A program made the position numbers and the translations under genes. Positions 37,857-48,029 of a stretch of 64,000 nucleotides of DNA are shown here, one piece after another. Position 1 is the stretch's first letter, and each line of letters starts with the position of its first letter. The stretch spans positions 96,001-160,000 of the forward strand of contig CAVZMH010000019.1 in the NCBI GenBank assembly GCA_963776345.1, given 5' to 3'. Source of the DNA: an uncultured delta proteobacterium. GTDB lineage: Bacteria; Myxococcota; Myxococcia; Myxococcales; Myxococcaceae. The notes beneath the pieces were generated by a model, which was not told the origin of the DNA, did no database searches, and saw only the letters and a program-made list of their open reading frames with translations.

Positions 37857-38390
37857 ATGCGCCGCGCGCTCGCCCTCGTCTCCCTGCTCAGCATCCTCCC
37901 CGCCTGCATCGTCGAGGCGCCCACCTCGTCCAAGCCCGCCGCGGCGCCGGCGACGTCCCAGGTGAAGCCGGTGCCGGTGAAGAACGGCGCGGTGCTGGGC
38001 GAGCTGGCCGAGCTGGTGGGCGCCACCTTCGCCCCGCCGTCGCTGTCGCCGGGGGACGCCACCCGGGTGGTGCTGGTGTTCCGGGCCATCAAGCCGACCA
38101 CGGACGACTGGCAGGTGTTCGTGCACGTGGAGGACGCCGAGGGCCGCGGAGAGCGGCTGAACGCGGACCACCCGCTGCGCGCCCCGACCAGCGCCTGGAA
38201 GGCGGGCGAGGTGGTCCAGGACGAGTTCGCCCTGACGCTCCCGCCCGGGTGGAAGTCACGGGCGGTGAACGTCTTCGTCGGGCTGTGGCTCCCCAGCACC
38301 AACTTGCGGATGAAGGTGAAGAACCCCGAGGCGGTGCGCACCGACGGGAACGACCGGGTGCTGCTGGTGCAGCTCCCGGTGGGCGGCTAA
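37857..38390 (+). CDS. Hypothetical lipoprotein (Ig-like beta-sandwich)
   Basis: Lipobox LPAC; DWQVFVHVED, WKAGEVVQDE, VFVGLW. Confidence 0.7.
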   Translation: MRRALALVSLLSILPACIVEAPTSSKPAAAPATSQVKPVPVKNGAVLGELAELVGATFAPPSLSPGDATRVVLVFRAIKPTTDDWQVFVHVEDAEGRGERLNADHPLRAPTSAWKAGEVVQDEFALTLPPGWKSRAVNVFVGLWLPSTNLRMKVKNPEAVRTDGNDRVLLVQLPVGG

Positions 38391-38397
38391 AAAAAAA
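38389..38397 (-). terminator. U-tract at the rnpB 3' end
   Basis: A9 on + (T9 on -) directly after the 3' strand of P1; striking in this GC-rich DNA. Confidence 0.55.
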
Positions 38398-38812
<415 letters not shown>

Positions 38813-38872
38813 CACCCGGGGATGTATCGCGCCTCGCGTCGAGGCGCCACTCGCCCCCTCTCGGAGCGAGGC

Positions 38873-39691
38873 TCAGGCGCCGATGGTGGGGGCGGCGACC
38901 ACCGGTTGCGTGGAGGCGGGAGCGGTGCGGAATCGCGCGTCGCGGAGGACGAGCACCACCGCCGTCACCAGGTAGAAGCCGCCCCGGAGCCAGGACAGGC
39001 GGGTGACATCGGGTCCGTGGAACATCGGTCCGGCGAACTCGCCGCCGAAGGTGTTCTGCGCGGTGTGCATCAGCAGCGGCAGGAGCACGTTCCTGCCGGA
39101 GGCCTGGTAGAGCCAGGCGAAGACCACCGAGGCGGAGAGAATGCCCACGGCTCCCGGGAGGAGCTCTCCGGGGCGGGCGAGCAGCAGCGGCAGGTGCCAG
39201 GCCAACCACACCACGCCGACCAGCAGGCCGGCCTGGAGCATCGACCGGCTCTGCGAGACGCGGGCCAGGGCGAAGCCCCGCCACGCGGGCTCCTCGCCCA
39301 GCGGTCCGCCCAGGACCATCACCAGCGGGAAGGCGACGAGGAGCGAGGGCCAGGCCCGCCACGCCTCGGCCGGCGGCGGCGTCGCTCCGAGCGCCACGTT
39401 CGCGGCGATGCCCAGGAGCGTCACCAGCAGCGGGAAGAGCAGGGCGAAGACGTAGAGCGAGGGCGCCGCGCGCCAGCGGAGGAGGCCTCGCGCCCAGTCC
39501 CCGAGCCCACGCCAGCCTCCGATGAGCGCGGTCACCACCACCGCGGCGATGAGCGGGCCGAACGGGTCGAGGCCCAGCTCACCGCCCGGGCGGACCAGCG
39601 CGACCAGGTACGCGCGCCACGAGAGCGGAAAGGTGAGCGCGTAGAACGCGGCGACCGGGTGTGCGCGAACGATCTGTCGGAGCCGGGTCAT
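38873..39691 (-). CDS. CPBP (Abi/CAAX) intramembrane metalloprotease
   Basis: GEEPAWRG, WLAWHLP, MHTAQN. Confidence 0.88.
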   Translation of the reverse strand: MTRLRQIVRAHPVAAFYALTFPLSWRAYLVALVRPGGELGLDPFGPLIAAVVVTALIGGWRGLGDWARGLLRWRAAPSLYVFALLFPLLVTLLGIAANVALGATPPPAEAWRAWPSLLVAFPLVMVLGGPLGEEPAWRGFALARVSQSRSMLQAGLLVGVVWLAWHLPLLLARPGELLPGAVGILSASVVFAWLYQASGRNVLLPLLMHTAQNTFGGEFAGPMFHGPDVTRLSWLRGGFYLVTAVVLVLRDARFRTAPASTQPVVAAPTIGA

Positions 39692-39842
39692 GGATGCTTG
39701 CTCGCCTGACGCTCGAGCCCGGCCCGGATTGCGCCTGAGGATCTCCGGATGACCCGTTCGAGCTCGAAGTGGAGGCCCTGACCGTCGGGGGCAGCAGGAA
39801 GGCGCGGGTGGAGCGGGTCCTCGGGCGCAGGAGGCGCGGGGA

Positions 39843-40265
39843 GTGCCGAAGGATGCCTTCGATCTCGGCCTCGAGGACATCGCCGACATCCTCTCGACCA
39901 CCGTCGGCGCGGTGAAGGCGGCGCTGCACCGGGGACGGGGAAAGCTCTCCGAGCCGGATCTGGAACCGCCCCGTGCGCCCGCTGCCGGTGCGCTCGACGC
40001 GTTCGTCGAGGCCTTCAACGCCGGAGACCTCGACCGCCTGGCCGCGCTCCTCCTCGACACGTCGACCGTCGAGGTCGTGGGCGCTCCACCATTCACGGCG
40101 CCGCGGCTGCGCGCACCACCGTGCTCCCCGGCATGCTCCTGGGGAGCGCACGGATGGCCGCGCGGGAGGACGGCGGTCAGGGGACCGGCATCGATCCTCG
40201 CTTCGCCCAGGGCGTCCTCCCGCGCCCCGCGCGGCTCGAGCTCGGTCACCTCCGCCGTGAGCCGC
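39843..40265 (+). pseudogene. Remnant of an ECF sigma factor with a SnoaL-like C-terminal extension
   Basis: Region 4 KDAFDLGLEDIADILSTTVGAVKAALHRGR; FVEAFNAGDLDRLAALL; no region 2; frameshift near 40086. Confidence 0.72.
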
Positions 40266-40365
40266 TGCGGTCACCTCCTCTCTCATCGATGGTCCGGTTG
40301 CCGACCCTCGCCGGGGTCGGCGTTCAGCGCGCGGCAGGTGGACCCGCTTCACCCCGGCTCGGCTC

Positions 40366-41088
40366 TCACCAGATGGCGGAGAAGCCGAGCACGGCCTGCA
40401 GTGCGGTCTGCACCTCGGGGTGCAGCCAGAGGGTCAGTCGCGCGTCGAGATCGATGGACCACACCGGTGAGAGGTGGACCTGGACCAGCGGCAGGCTGCG
40501 GACGCCCGGACGCACGGAGCCGAAAGTCAGCCCGAAGAGATCGGACCAGCCGGTGCCACCGATCGCGAAGTTGAGCGACACCACGTCCCCGATGGTGTGA
40601 GTCAGGAAGATGCTCCCCGCGAGCTTCGGCTGGGGCGGGTTCAGGCTGTACCGGCTGGACCAGCGCGCGGTCACGCCAAGGCTCGTCGCGCCCGAGAACC
40701 AGTGCCGGTAGGCAGCTCCCACCGACGGAATGTAGATGACGCCCTCCACCGAGCTGTACCCGAGGCCGTCGAGGCCGGCGCTCAGCACCACCTCGTCGCC
40801 ATGACGGCTTCCCAGCAGCACACTCAGCCCGGGCGTGAAGAACGAGACCTCCAGCCAGTCGAGTGGAGACCAGGCGACGTTGAGCCGCAGCAGGCCGTTC
40901 GTGCTGTCCGTGCCGGCCGAGGAGCGCGTGTAGTCCACGCCGAGCCCGAAGCTCACGCCCACGTCGTGCACGGGGAGAGTCGATTCCTGCGCCGCCGGCG
41001 GGGTGCCCTGTCCCGCCGGCTCCGCCTGACTGGCGGCCGCCGGACGGACGCTCAGGAGCACCGCCACCACGGACACCCACCTCGTCAT
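40366..41088 (-). CDS. Exported beta-rich protein, possible outer-membrane barrel
   Basis: Signal peptide, amphipathic strands, terminal Trp. Confidence 0.55.
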   Translation of the reverse strand: MTRWVSVVAVLLSVRPAAASQAEPAGQGTPPAAQESTLPVHDVGVSFGLGVDYTRSSAGTDSTNGLLRLNVAWSPLDWLEVSFFTPGLSVLLGSRHGDEVVLSAGLDGLGYSSVEGVIYIPSVGAAYRHWFSGATSLGVTARWSSRYSLNPPQPKLAGSIFLTHTIGDVVSLNFAIGGTGWSDLFGLTFGSVRPGVRSLPLVQVHLSPVWSIDLDARLTLWLHPEVQTALQAVLGFSAIW

Positions 41089-41206
41089 GGGCCCCCCTCC
41101 GTCGCCGCTCACGATGGCATGGGCGCCCAGGTCTCGAGCGACGATGGAAGAGCGGCGAACTCGGATGACGGGCATGGCCTCCCCCGCAGCGCCCTCGAAC
41201 GAGACT

Positions 41207-41803
41207 TCACATCCTCTCGTCGATGGCCCGGTTGCTCATCTCGTCCGCCTCGGCGTTCTGCGCGCGCGGCACGTGGATCAGCTTCACCCGCCGGAACGCC
41301 TTGAGCAGGGCCAGCGCCTCGGCGTGCAGCTCGCGCAGCGCCGGGGCCCGGACCTGGTAGACGCCCGAGAGCTGGCGGATGATCAGCTCGCTGTCGGCGA
41401 CCACCTCGAGCTCCTCGGCCCCGAGCTCTCGCGCGCGCCGGAGCCCGAGCAGGAGGGCCTGGTACTCGGCGACGTTGTTGGTCTGCCGGCCCAGGAACTT
41501 CCCCAGCTTCTCGAGAATCCGCCCCTCGGTGTCGAAGAGCACCGCGCCCGCGCCGGCCGGCCCCGGGTTCCCCCGCGCCGCCCCGTCGGAGGCGACTCGG
41601 AGCCTGCGATGCGGTTGCACGGCGTGCGGTGCCCCGGTGGCATGCGGGTGCGGGGCGGGGTGCGCGGGGGCGGGCCGCCCGAGGAGCACGCCCACCAGGT
41701 CGGTCCGCGAAACCCCGGGAAACCGGGCCAGGGTGCGGTCGAGGCTCTCCTCCTCCGCGATGACCCGGAGGAGCTCGGGAAGCGAGGGGCGACGCCCGCT
41801 CAT
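41207..41803 (-). CDS. Ribonuclease HI family protein with N-terminal extension
   Basis: SDGAARGNPGPAG, TNNVAEYQAL, DSEL, HVPRAQNAEAD. Confidence 0.92.
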   Translation of the reverse strand: MSGRRPSLPELLRVIAEEESLDRTLARFPGVSRTDLVGVLLGRPAPAHPAPHPHATGAPHAVQPHRRLRVASDGAARGNPGPAGAGAVLFDTEGRILEKLGKFLGRQTNNVAEYQALLLGLRRARELGAEELEVVADSELIIRQLSGVYQVRAPALRELHAEALALLKAFRRVKLIHVPRAQNAEADEMSNRAIDERM

Positions 41804-42531
41804 CCCTTCTTCGCCGGAGGCGGCTCGATCGCCTCCGGAGCGCAGATGATTCGGTGGCACGACGGGCAGACGTCCGTCTCCAGGGTGGTCTTCAGGGTGT
41901 TGTAGAGCTGCGGCGGCAGGCTCATGTTGCAGCCCTGGCAGGTCCCGGCCACCACGGTGACCAGCGCGGGCGTGCGGCGCTTCCGCACCGTCTCGTAGCG
42001 AGAGAGCAGCGGCGGGTGGACGCCCTTCGCCACCTCGGCCCGCTTTCCCCCCAGCTCCTTCACCTGTCCCTCGAAGCCGGCCACCTTCGCCCGGAGCTCG
42101 TTCAGCTTCCCGCCGACGTCCCCCACCTTCGCCCCGTACTGCTGCTCCTTGGCCTTCACCACCTCGCGGAGCTGGACCTGCATCTTCCCCAGCTCCACCA
42201 GCTCCTCGGCCATGGTGGTGTTGGCCTTCTTGGCGATGTCGATCTCCCGGGCCAGCGCGGCGTACTCGCGGGTGGAGCGCTGCTCGGACAGGCGCGCCTC
42301 CCACTTGCGCACCTTCTCCTTCTCCTCGACGATGTTCTGCTCCAGCGTCCGCCGCTGCCGCTCGACCTCGAGCAGCTTGGTGCGCTCGGCCTCGACCTCG
42401 CCCTTGGCCAGGGACAGCTCCCGCTCCAGCTCCCCCATCTGCCTCGGATAGACCTCCGCCGACTTGCGGAGCGCCACGACCTCCAGATCCACCTTCTGCA
42501 GATCGGCCAGGGCCTTCAATCGTTCCTGCAA
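41800..42531 (-). CDS. Coiled-coil C4 zinc-ribbon protein (DUF164 type)
   Basis: Long coiled coil, CQGCNMSLPPQ..CPSCHRI; TTG 42531 after AGGAGG. Confidence 0.88.
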   Translation of the reverse strand: MQERLKALADLQKVDLEVVALRKSAEVYPRQMGELERELSLAKGEVEAERTKLLEVERQRRTLEQNIVEEKEKVRKWEARLSEQRSTREYAALAREIDIAKKANTTMAEELVELGKMQVQLREVVKAKEQQYGAKVGDVGGKLNELRAKVAGFEGQVKELGGKRAEVAKGVHPPLLSRYETVRKRRTPALVTVVAGTCQGCNMSLPPQLYNTLKTTLETDVCPSCHRIICAPEAIEPPPAKKG

Positions 42532-42629
42532 AGCTGGGCTGCCTCCTGCCGCCGATACCGGCGCCGCGGCCTTGTAGCAACGAAGCCTTCGCGGTGCCAA
42601 CGCCCTCGCTCTGCTATCTCCTGGATGCG

Positions 42630-43118
42630 ATGCGTTTCTGTCCTCGGTGCGCCACGGCGCTGGTCCCTCGCCATACCGGCGCCCGGGAGCGCCAGGCCTG
42701 CCCGGGGCCGGACTGCGGCTTCGTCTTCTACGACAACCCGCTGCCGGTGGTGGCCGGGCTGGTGGAGCACGAGGGAGCCGTGCTCCTGGTCCGGTCCGTG
42801 GGCTGGCCGGAGTCGTGGTACGGCCTGGTGACCGGCTTCCTGGAGCGGGGCGAGGAGCCGGAGGCGGGAATCCTCCGCGAGCTCCGGGAGGAGCTGGGGC
42901 TCGAGGGGAGGGTGGTGCGACCCATCGGCGTCTACACCTTCCCCGAGCGCAACGAGCTCATCCTCGCCTACCACCTCGAGGCCAGGGGTGAGGTGCGCCT
43001 GGGCGCGGAGCTCGCCGGGGTGAAGCGCATCCACCCGGAGAAGCTGCGGCCGTGGCCCTTCGGAACCGGGCACGCCGTCCGGGACTGGCTGGAGCGCCGC
43101 CGCGCGGCCCCTCGCTGA
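42630..43118 (+). CDS. NUDIX hydrolase with N-terminal zinc ribbon
   Basis: FCPRC..CPGPDCG; GFLERGEEPEAGILRELREELG. Confidence 0.9.
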   Translation: MRFCPRCATALVPRHTGARERQACPGPDCGFVFYDNPLPVVAGLVEHEGAVLLVRSVGWPESWYGLVTGFLERGEEPEAGILRELREELGLEGRVVRPIGVYTFPERNELILAYHLEARGEVRLGAELAGVKRIHPEKLRPWPFGTGHAVRDWLERRRAAPR

Positions 43119-43146
43119 CTGCGGCCGCCAGCTGACTGCGGCCGCC
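43114..43146. repeat. Tandem duplication, 16-bp unit x2
   Basis: GCTGACTGCGGCCGCC at 43114-43129 and 43131-43146. Confidence 0.85.
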
Positions 43147-43151
43147 CTGAC

Positions 43152-43439
43152 CTAGTCTTCCTCGTCCGGAGTGACTTCCTCCTCGTCGCCGAAGGTGTCG
43201 AGGTCCTCGGACTCCTCGGCCGCCTCCTCGGCGGGCTCCGGCTCGGGGGGCGCGGGCTCCACCGGGCGCGGCACCGCGGCCAGACGGCCCCGGCGAGGCT
43301 CCGGGGCCGGACGGTTGGCCGGGCTGTCCTTCTGGTCCGCCCCGCACTTCGGGCAGATCGCCTCGGGCTTTCTCAGGTCGTAGAACTTGGTCCCGCACTT
43401 GAAGCAGAGGTGCTTGGTCCCGAGGTCCTTCGCCGGCAT
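43152..43439 (-). CDS. FYDLN acid domain protein (TIGR02300-like)
   Basis: [23 protein letters not shown] plus acidic tail. Confidence 0.9.
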   Translation of the reverse strand: MPAKDLGTKHLCFKCGTKFYDLRKPEAICPKCGADQKDSPANRPAPEPRRGRLAAVPRPVEPAPPEPEPAEEAAEESEDLDTFGDEEEVTPDEED

Positions 43440-43480
43440 CGACTCACCACCTTCGGTGCAGAGGGGAAACGCGAGGCGGC

Positions 43481-43510
43481 GATGTAGGCGTCCGGTGCCT
43501 CCCAAGTCAA
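43481..43510 (-). promoter_or_regulatory. Putative sigma-70-type promoter for the FYDLN gene
   Basis: Minus strand TTGACT-18 nt-TACATC. Confidence 0.4.
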
Positions 43511-43527
43511 CGCTGGAAAGCCGTACG

Positions 43528-44796
43528 ATGCCCTCGGCGGCCTTGACCTTCTTCTGCGACAGCTGCGGACAGCCCCTCCTGCTCGAGGGCGAGGCATCCC
43601 CCGGACTCAGGGTCTCGTGCCCGAGCTGCCGGGAGATCGTGGAGGTGCCGCTCCCGGCCGGCGACGAGCCCCTGGAGCTGAGCTGGTTCGCCATGGTGCG
43701 CGGCTCCCAGGTGGGGCCCATGGCCCAGGGCCCGCTCGAGCAGCTCATCCGCGCCGGCGAGGTCACCCCCAAGAGCTTCGTCTGGTGCGAGGGGATGGCG
43801 GAGTGGCGGCGGGCCGAGACCCTGCCCCAGCTCGCCGGGTCCCTCGCCGCGACCCGACCCCCGAAACCGGCCAACACCGCCGACCTCTCGCAGCTCTTCA
43901 GCGACCTCGACCTGACCGTCTCCAGGCCGATGGACGCGCGCGCCGTGGAGCAGATGCTCTCCGGGAACCGGGCGCCCAAGACCGCCCTGCCCGGGCCCGC
44001 GGCCACCCCGACGGGGAGCACTCGCACCGCCACCCGGCGCTCGCGTCCGGTGGACGACGACGACCTCGAGGCCTCGGGTCTCGCCCGCCGCAACCCGCTG
44101 TGGAAGGTGGCCCTCGCGGTGGTGCTGCTGGTGGCCGTCCCGGTCGCCGGTCTGTACGCGCTCTCCAGCATGAAGGTCATCCCGCTCGAGGTCCCCCGGG
44201 TCGACCCGGCGACCGGCGCCTCGGTCAACGAGCCCGTCTTCTCGGCCAGGGGCGTCCGTGGGCTCAAGGACCTGCTGCTCGGCAACGCGCCGCCGCCCGC
44301 GCCCCCGGCGCCTCCGCGGGAGGTCCGCGCGCCGCCACCGAAGCCTGCGCCCCCCCCGGCGCCCGTGGCGTCCGCGCCGAAGCCCGAGCCGCCCGCCTCG
44401 CCCGAGCTCAAGAAGCTCTACGCCGACTCCCGGAAGGCCGACGTCGGCCCCACCGTGACTCCCAGCCCGGGCCAGGCGGCCGCGCCTGCGTCGTCCGGTG
44501 CCGGACCGAACGCCCAGGCCCTGGCGAAGGTGGTGGCGCCGAGCGGGCCGGCGTTCCAGGGCTGCATCGAGCAGCAGCTGAGGCGGACGCCGAACTTCCG
44601 GGGCGGCAAGGTCAATCTCGTGGCCACGGTGGGGGCATCGGGCACCGTCAAGCAGGCCCGGCTCGACCGGAAGGAGATCGACGTGTCCGACCTCGGCAGC
44701 TGCCTCAAGTCGCGCGCGAGGAGGCTGGTGTTCCCGTCCTTCGAGGGCGAGGACGTCGAGGTGGAGATCCCCCTGGTGCTCACCGCAGCGCTCTGA
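43528..44796 (+). CDS. Zn-ribbon + GYF_2 + TM + AgmX/PglI-like C-terminal domain protein
   Basis: [32 protein letters not shown]; Pro-rich linker; FQGCIE..CLKS..FPSFEG..EIPLVL. Confidence 0.8.
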   Translation: MPSAALTFFCDSCGQPLLLEGEASPGLRVSCPSCREIVEVPLPAGDEPLELSWFAMVRGSQVGPMAQGPLEQLIRAGEVTPKSFVWCEGMAEWRRAETLPQLAGSLAATRPPKPANTADLSQLFSDLDLTVSRPMDARAVEQMLSGNRAPKTALPGPAATPTGSTRTATRRSRPVDDDDLEASGLARRNPLWKVALAVVLLVAVPVAGLYALSSMKVIPLEVPRVDPATGASVNEPVFSARGVRGLKDLLLGNAPPPAPPAPPREVRAPPPKPAPPPAPVASAPKPEPPASPELKKLYADSRKADVGPTVTPSPGQAAAPASSGAGPNAQALAKVVAPSGPAFQGCIEQQLRRTPNFRGGKVNLVATVGASGTVKQARLDRKEIDVSDLGSCLKSRARRLVFPSFEGEDVEVEIPLVLTAAL

Positions 44797-45599
44797 TGCG
44801 GTCCGTGGTCCTCAGCGCGTGGGTGGAGGCCGTGCAGTCCTGGAACGGCACGGGTCCTCCGCCGTCGGCCAGCGCCGTCGGCCTGGTCCGTCCGGGCGGC
44901 CCGGTGGCGCAGCGTCCCTGGGGACCGGAGGCCGCCGCCGCGCTCGCCGCGCCCGGCGCGCTCGCCCCGTACCTGGACCACACGCTGCTCCGGCCCGACG
45001 CGACCGACGGAGAGGTCGAGGCGCTCGGCGTCGAGGCGCGGCAGCACGGGCTCGGTGGCGCCTGCGTGCATCCGGTGCACGTGGCCACCCTGGTGCGCGC
45101 GCTCGACGGCAGCGCGGTCGAGCCGGTCTCGGTGGTCGGCTTCCCTCATGGCGCGCACCTCACCGAGATCAAGCTGCTCGAGGCGCGCCGGGCCGCCGAC
45201 GAGGGCGCCCGCGCGGTGGACGTCGTCGCCCCGCTCGGGCTGCTGAAGGAAGGCGACGTCGGCCGGGTGCTCCAGGAGCTCCGGGCTCTGGTCTCGGCGC
45301 TGGCGCCGGTGCCGGTGCGCCTCATCCTCGAGACCGGGCTCCTCCCTCCGCGCGCGGTGGCGCTCGGAGCGGGGCTCGCGGTCGCTGCGGGGTGCGACGC
45401 GGTCAAGACCTCCACCGGCTTCAACGGCCCGGGCGCGCGGCCCGAGGACGTGGCGCTCCTCCGCGCGGTGGTGGGCAGCGTGCTGGGAGTGAAGGCGTCG
45501 GGGGGCATCCGCACCGCGGCCCAGGCCCGGGCGCTGGTGGCCGCCGGAGCGAGCCGGCTCGGCGCGTCGTCGTCGCTGGCCCTGCTTGCCGGCGGGTGA
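44796..45599 (+). CDS. deoC: Deoxyribose-phosphate aldolase
   Basis: LDHTLL, VVGFPHG, LILETG, VKTSTGF, VKASGGIR. Confidence 0.93.
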   Translation: MRSVVLSAWVEAVQSWNGTGPPPSASAVGLVRPGGPVAQRPWGPEAAAALAAPGALAPYLDHTLLRPDATDGEVEALGVEARQHGLGGACVHPVHVATLVRALDGSAVEPVSVVGFPHGAHLTEIKLLEARRAADEGARAVDVVAPLGLLKEGDVGRVLQELRALVSALAPVPVRLILETGLLPPRAVALGAGLAVAAGCDAVKTSTGFNGPGARPEDVALLRAVVGSVLGVKASGGIRTAAQARALVAAGASRLGASSSLALLAGG

Positions 45600-45654
45600 C
45601 TTCGGGGCTGGTAATGAGGCCCTGGCGGGCTAGAAGGACGGGCCCGGGAGTCCC

Positions 45655-46053
45655 ATGGGGCTGACCGCCGCTCAGAAGAGGACGCTTCGCCGCGCGCTGC
45701 AGGCGCTGGTCAGCGACGTGTCCGCGCGGGGGCTCCAGCGCATCGCCCCCAACCGCACCGACGAGACCACGGTGGGCGGGGAAGAGGACGAGCAGCCGCT
45801 CAACGAGATGCTCCAGGCCATCGCCTCGGACCGGAACCGCGCCGTCGGCGATGCGCTGGGGCGCGCGCAGCGGGCGCTGGACAAGCTGGACCACGCCCCC
45901 GACGAGGCCGGTGCGTGCGAGGAGTGCGGCGAGGGCATCCCCTGGGGACGGCTGAAGGCGATGCCCTACGCCGAGCTGTGCGTGGCCTGCCAGGGCAAGC
46001 GCGACGGGCCGCAGCGCGGACCCACCCGACGAGGCCTGACGGATTTCAGATGA
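45655..46053 (+). CDS. TraR/DksA family C4 zinc-finger protein
   Basis: CEECGEGIPWGRLKAMPYAELCVAC. Confidence 0.88.
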   Translation: MGLTAAQKRTLRRALQALVSDVSARGLQRIAPNRTDETTVGGEEDEQPLNEMLQAIASDRNRAVGDALGRAQRALDKLDHAPDEAGACEECGEGIPWGRLKAMPYAELCVACQGKRDGPQRGPTRRGLTDFR

Positions 46054-47813
46054 CGATGGACCACACCGCACTCATCCGGGAGGTCGACGCCTGGAGCGCC
46101 GCCGATCCCGACGAGACGACGCGCGCCGAGCTGCAGCGGCTGCTCGAGGCCGAGGACTTCCCCGAGCTCGAGGACCGCTTCGCCGGCGGTCTGCAGTTCG
46201 GGACCGCGGGGCTGCGCGGGGTCGTCGGCGCCGGCCCGAACCGGATGAACCGCGCGGTGGTGCGCCGGGCCACCGCGGGGCTCGCCGCGCATCTGCTCGC
46301 CACGGTGCCGGACGCCACGCGGCGCGGGGTGGTGGTGGCCCGGGACGGGCGGCGGATGAGCAAGGAGTTCGCAGAGGACACGGCGGCGGTGCTGGCTGCG
46401 TCCGGCATCCCCGCGCTGGTTCGCGACGGCTTCACCCCCACGCCGCTCTGCGCCTTCCTGGTGGAGCGGCTCGGAGCCTCGGCCGGGGTGATGGTGACCG
46501 CCAGCCACAACCCGCCCGAGTACAACGGCTACAAGCTGTACTGGGGGAACGGCGCGCAGATCATCCCGCCCCAGGACGCCGCCATCGCGGAGGCCATCTC
46601 CCGGGTGGGCCCGGCGCGCGACATCCCGCTGGCCGACCTTCCCGACGCCCGGGCCCGCGGGCTGGTCCGCGACGTCGGGCCCGAGCTGGACCGGGCGTAC
46701 CTCGAGGGCGTGCTCGGGCTCCGGCTCCACCCGGGCGAGGGGACGGACCTCTGCATCGTCTACACCCCGATGCACGGCGTCGGGGGCCCGCTGGCGCTCG
46801 AGGCGCTACGGCGCGCCGGGTTCTCCCGGGTGCATGCGGTCACCGAGCAGCTCGAGCCGGACCCGTCGTTCCCCACCGTGCGCTTCCCGAATCCCGAGGA
46901 GCCGGGGGCGATGGACCTCTCGCGCGCCCTGGCCGAGCGCACCCGCGCCGATCTCGTCCTGGCCAACGACCCCGACGCGGACCGTCTCGCGGTGCTCACC
47001 CGCGCGGCGTCCGGCGAGCTGCGGGCGCTCACCGGGAACGAGGTCGGGGTGCTGCTCGGGCACTACCTGCTCACGCAGGGACCGAGGCGCGAGCGGCCGC
47101 TGGTGATGACCACCATCGTCAGCTCCACCCAGCTCGGGGCGATGGCCCACCGGCTGGGCGCCCTCTACGACGAGACGCTCACCGGCTTCAAATGGATCGC
47201 CAACCGCGCGATGGAGCGCGCGGCCCGGGACGGCGCCCAGCTGGTCTTCGCCTACGAGGAGGCGCTCGGCTACACCGTGGGCACGCTGGTCCGCGACAAG
47301 GACGGCATCGGGTCGGCGCTGGTCATGGCCGACCTGGCCGGCTGGGCCCGGGCGCGGGGGACCACCGTCCTGGGCTACCTCGAGGAGATCCAGCGCGAGT
47401 TCGGGGTCTACCTCTCGCGCCAGCGCAGCTTCACCCTCCCCGGCGCCACCGGGGCCGAGACCATCGCCCGGGTGATGGACGCCTTCCGCAAGACCCCCCC
47501 CGCGCGGGTGGGCGAGCGCACGGTGGAGACGGTGAAGGACTACCAGGCCCGGATGCGCACCGCCCACGGACGCTCTGAGCCGCTCTCGCTGCCACCCTCG
47601 AACGTGCTCGCCTACGGGCTCGAGGGCGGCGGGCAGGTGACGCTCCGGCCCTCCGGCACCGAGCCGAAGATCAAGTACTACTTCGAGCTGCCCGAGCGGC
47701 TCTCCCCCGGCGAGGAGGTGGAGACCGCGCGCCGCCGGGGCGAGCAGCGGCTGGAAGAGCTTGAGCGCGACTTCCTCGAGCTGGCCACCGCCCGGGGTCA
47801 GCCCCGGGTGTGA
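46050..47813 (+). CDS. Alpha-D-phosphohexomutase (PGM2/phosphopentomutase-like)
   Basis: FGTAGLRG, TASHNP, NDPDADR, LTGFKW, YEEALG, RPSGTEPKIK. Confidence 0.93.
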   Translation: MTMDHTALIREVDAWSAADPDETTRAELQRLLEAEDFPELEDRFAGGLQFGTAGLRGVVGAGPNRMNRAVVRRATAGLAAHLLATVPDATRRGVVVARDGRRMSKEFAEDTAAVLAASGIPALVRDGFTPTPLCAFLVERLGASAGVMVTASHNPPEYNGYKLYWGNGAQIIPPQDAAIAEAISRVGPARDIPLADLPDARARGLVRDVGPELDRAYLEGVLGLRLHPGEGTDLCIVYTPMHGVGGPLALEALRRAGFSRVHAVTEQLEPDPSFPTVRFPNPEEPGAMDLSRALAERTRADLVLANDPDADRLAVLTRAASGELRALTGNEVGVLLGHYLLTQGPRRERPLVMTTIVSSTQLGAMAHRLGALYDETLTGFKWIANRAMERAARDGAQLVFAYEEALGYTVGTLVRDKDGIGSALVMADLAGWARARGTTVLGYLEEIQREFGVYLSRQRSFTLPGATGAETIARVMDAFRKTPPARVGERTVETVKDYQARMRTAHGRSEPLSLPPSNVLAYGLEGGGQVTLRPSGTEPKIKYYFELPERLSPGEEVETARRRGEQRLEELERDFLELATARGQPRV

Positions 47814-47823
47814 AACTCCAACC

Positions 47824-48029
47824 CCGGTGTCAGCGCTTGCTGCCACACCACACGGCGGAGGCCGAGATGCGTCCCACTGTCGCCACCCAGCGTCGCGTCC
47901 CGCTTCTGACACCGGCCCGCGTTTCTCGCTGTACCTGCTCCCCGTCACGGCCTACGGTTTTCCGCTCAACCGACGGGGACGGCGCCGGCCAGGAGGGAAT
48001 CCTCCGGCGCCCGGGCCCTGGAGGCCCGG
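47824..48029 (+). other. Hairpin-rich intergenic leader (candidate structured RNA)
   Basis: Four successive inverted repeats upstream of the barrel gene. Confidence 0.35.

Noticed and set aside
41207..41803. RNase H as part of a retroelement or transposon
   Set aside because: No reverse transcriptase, integrase or terminal repeats; housekeeping context
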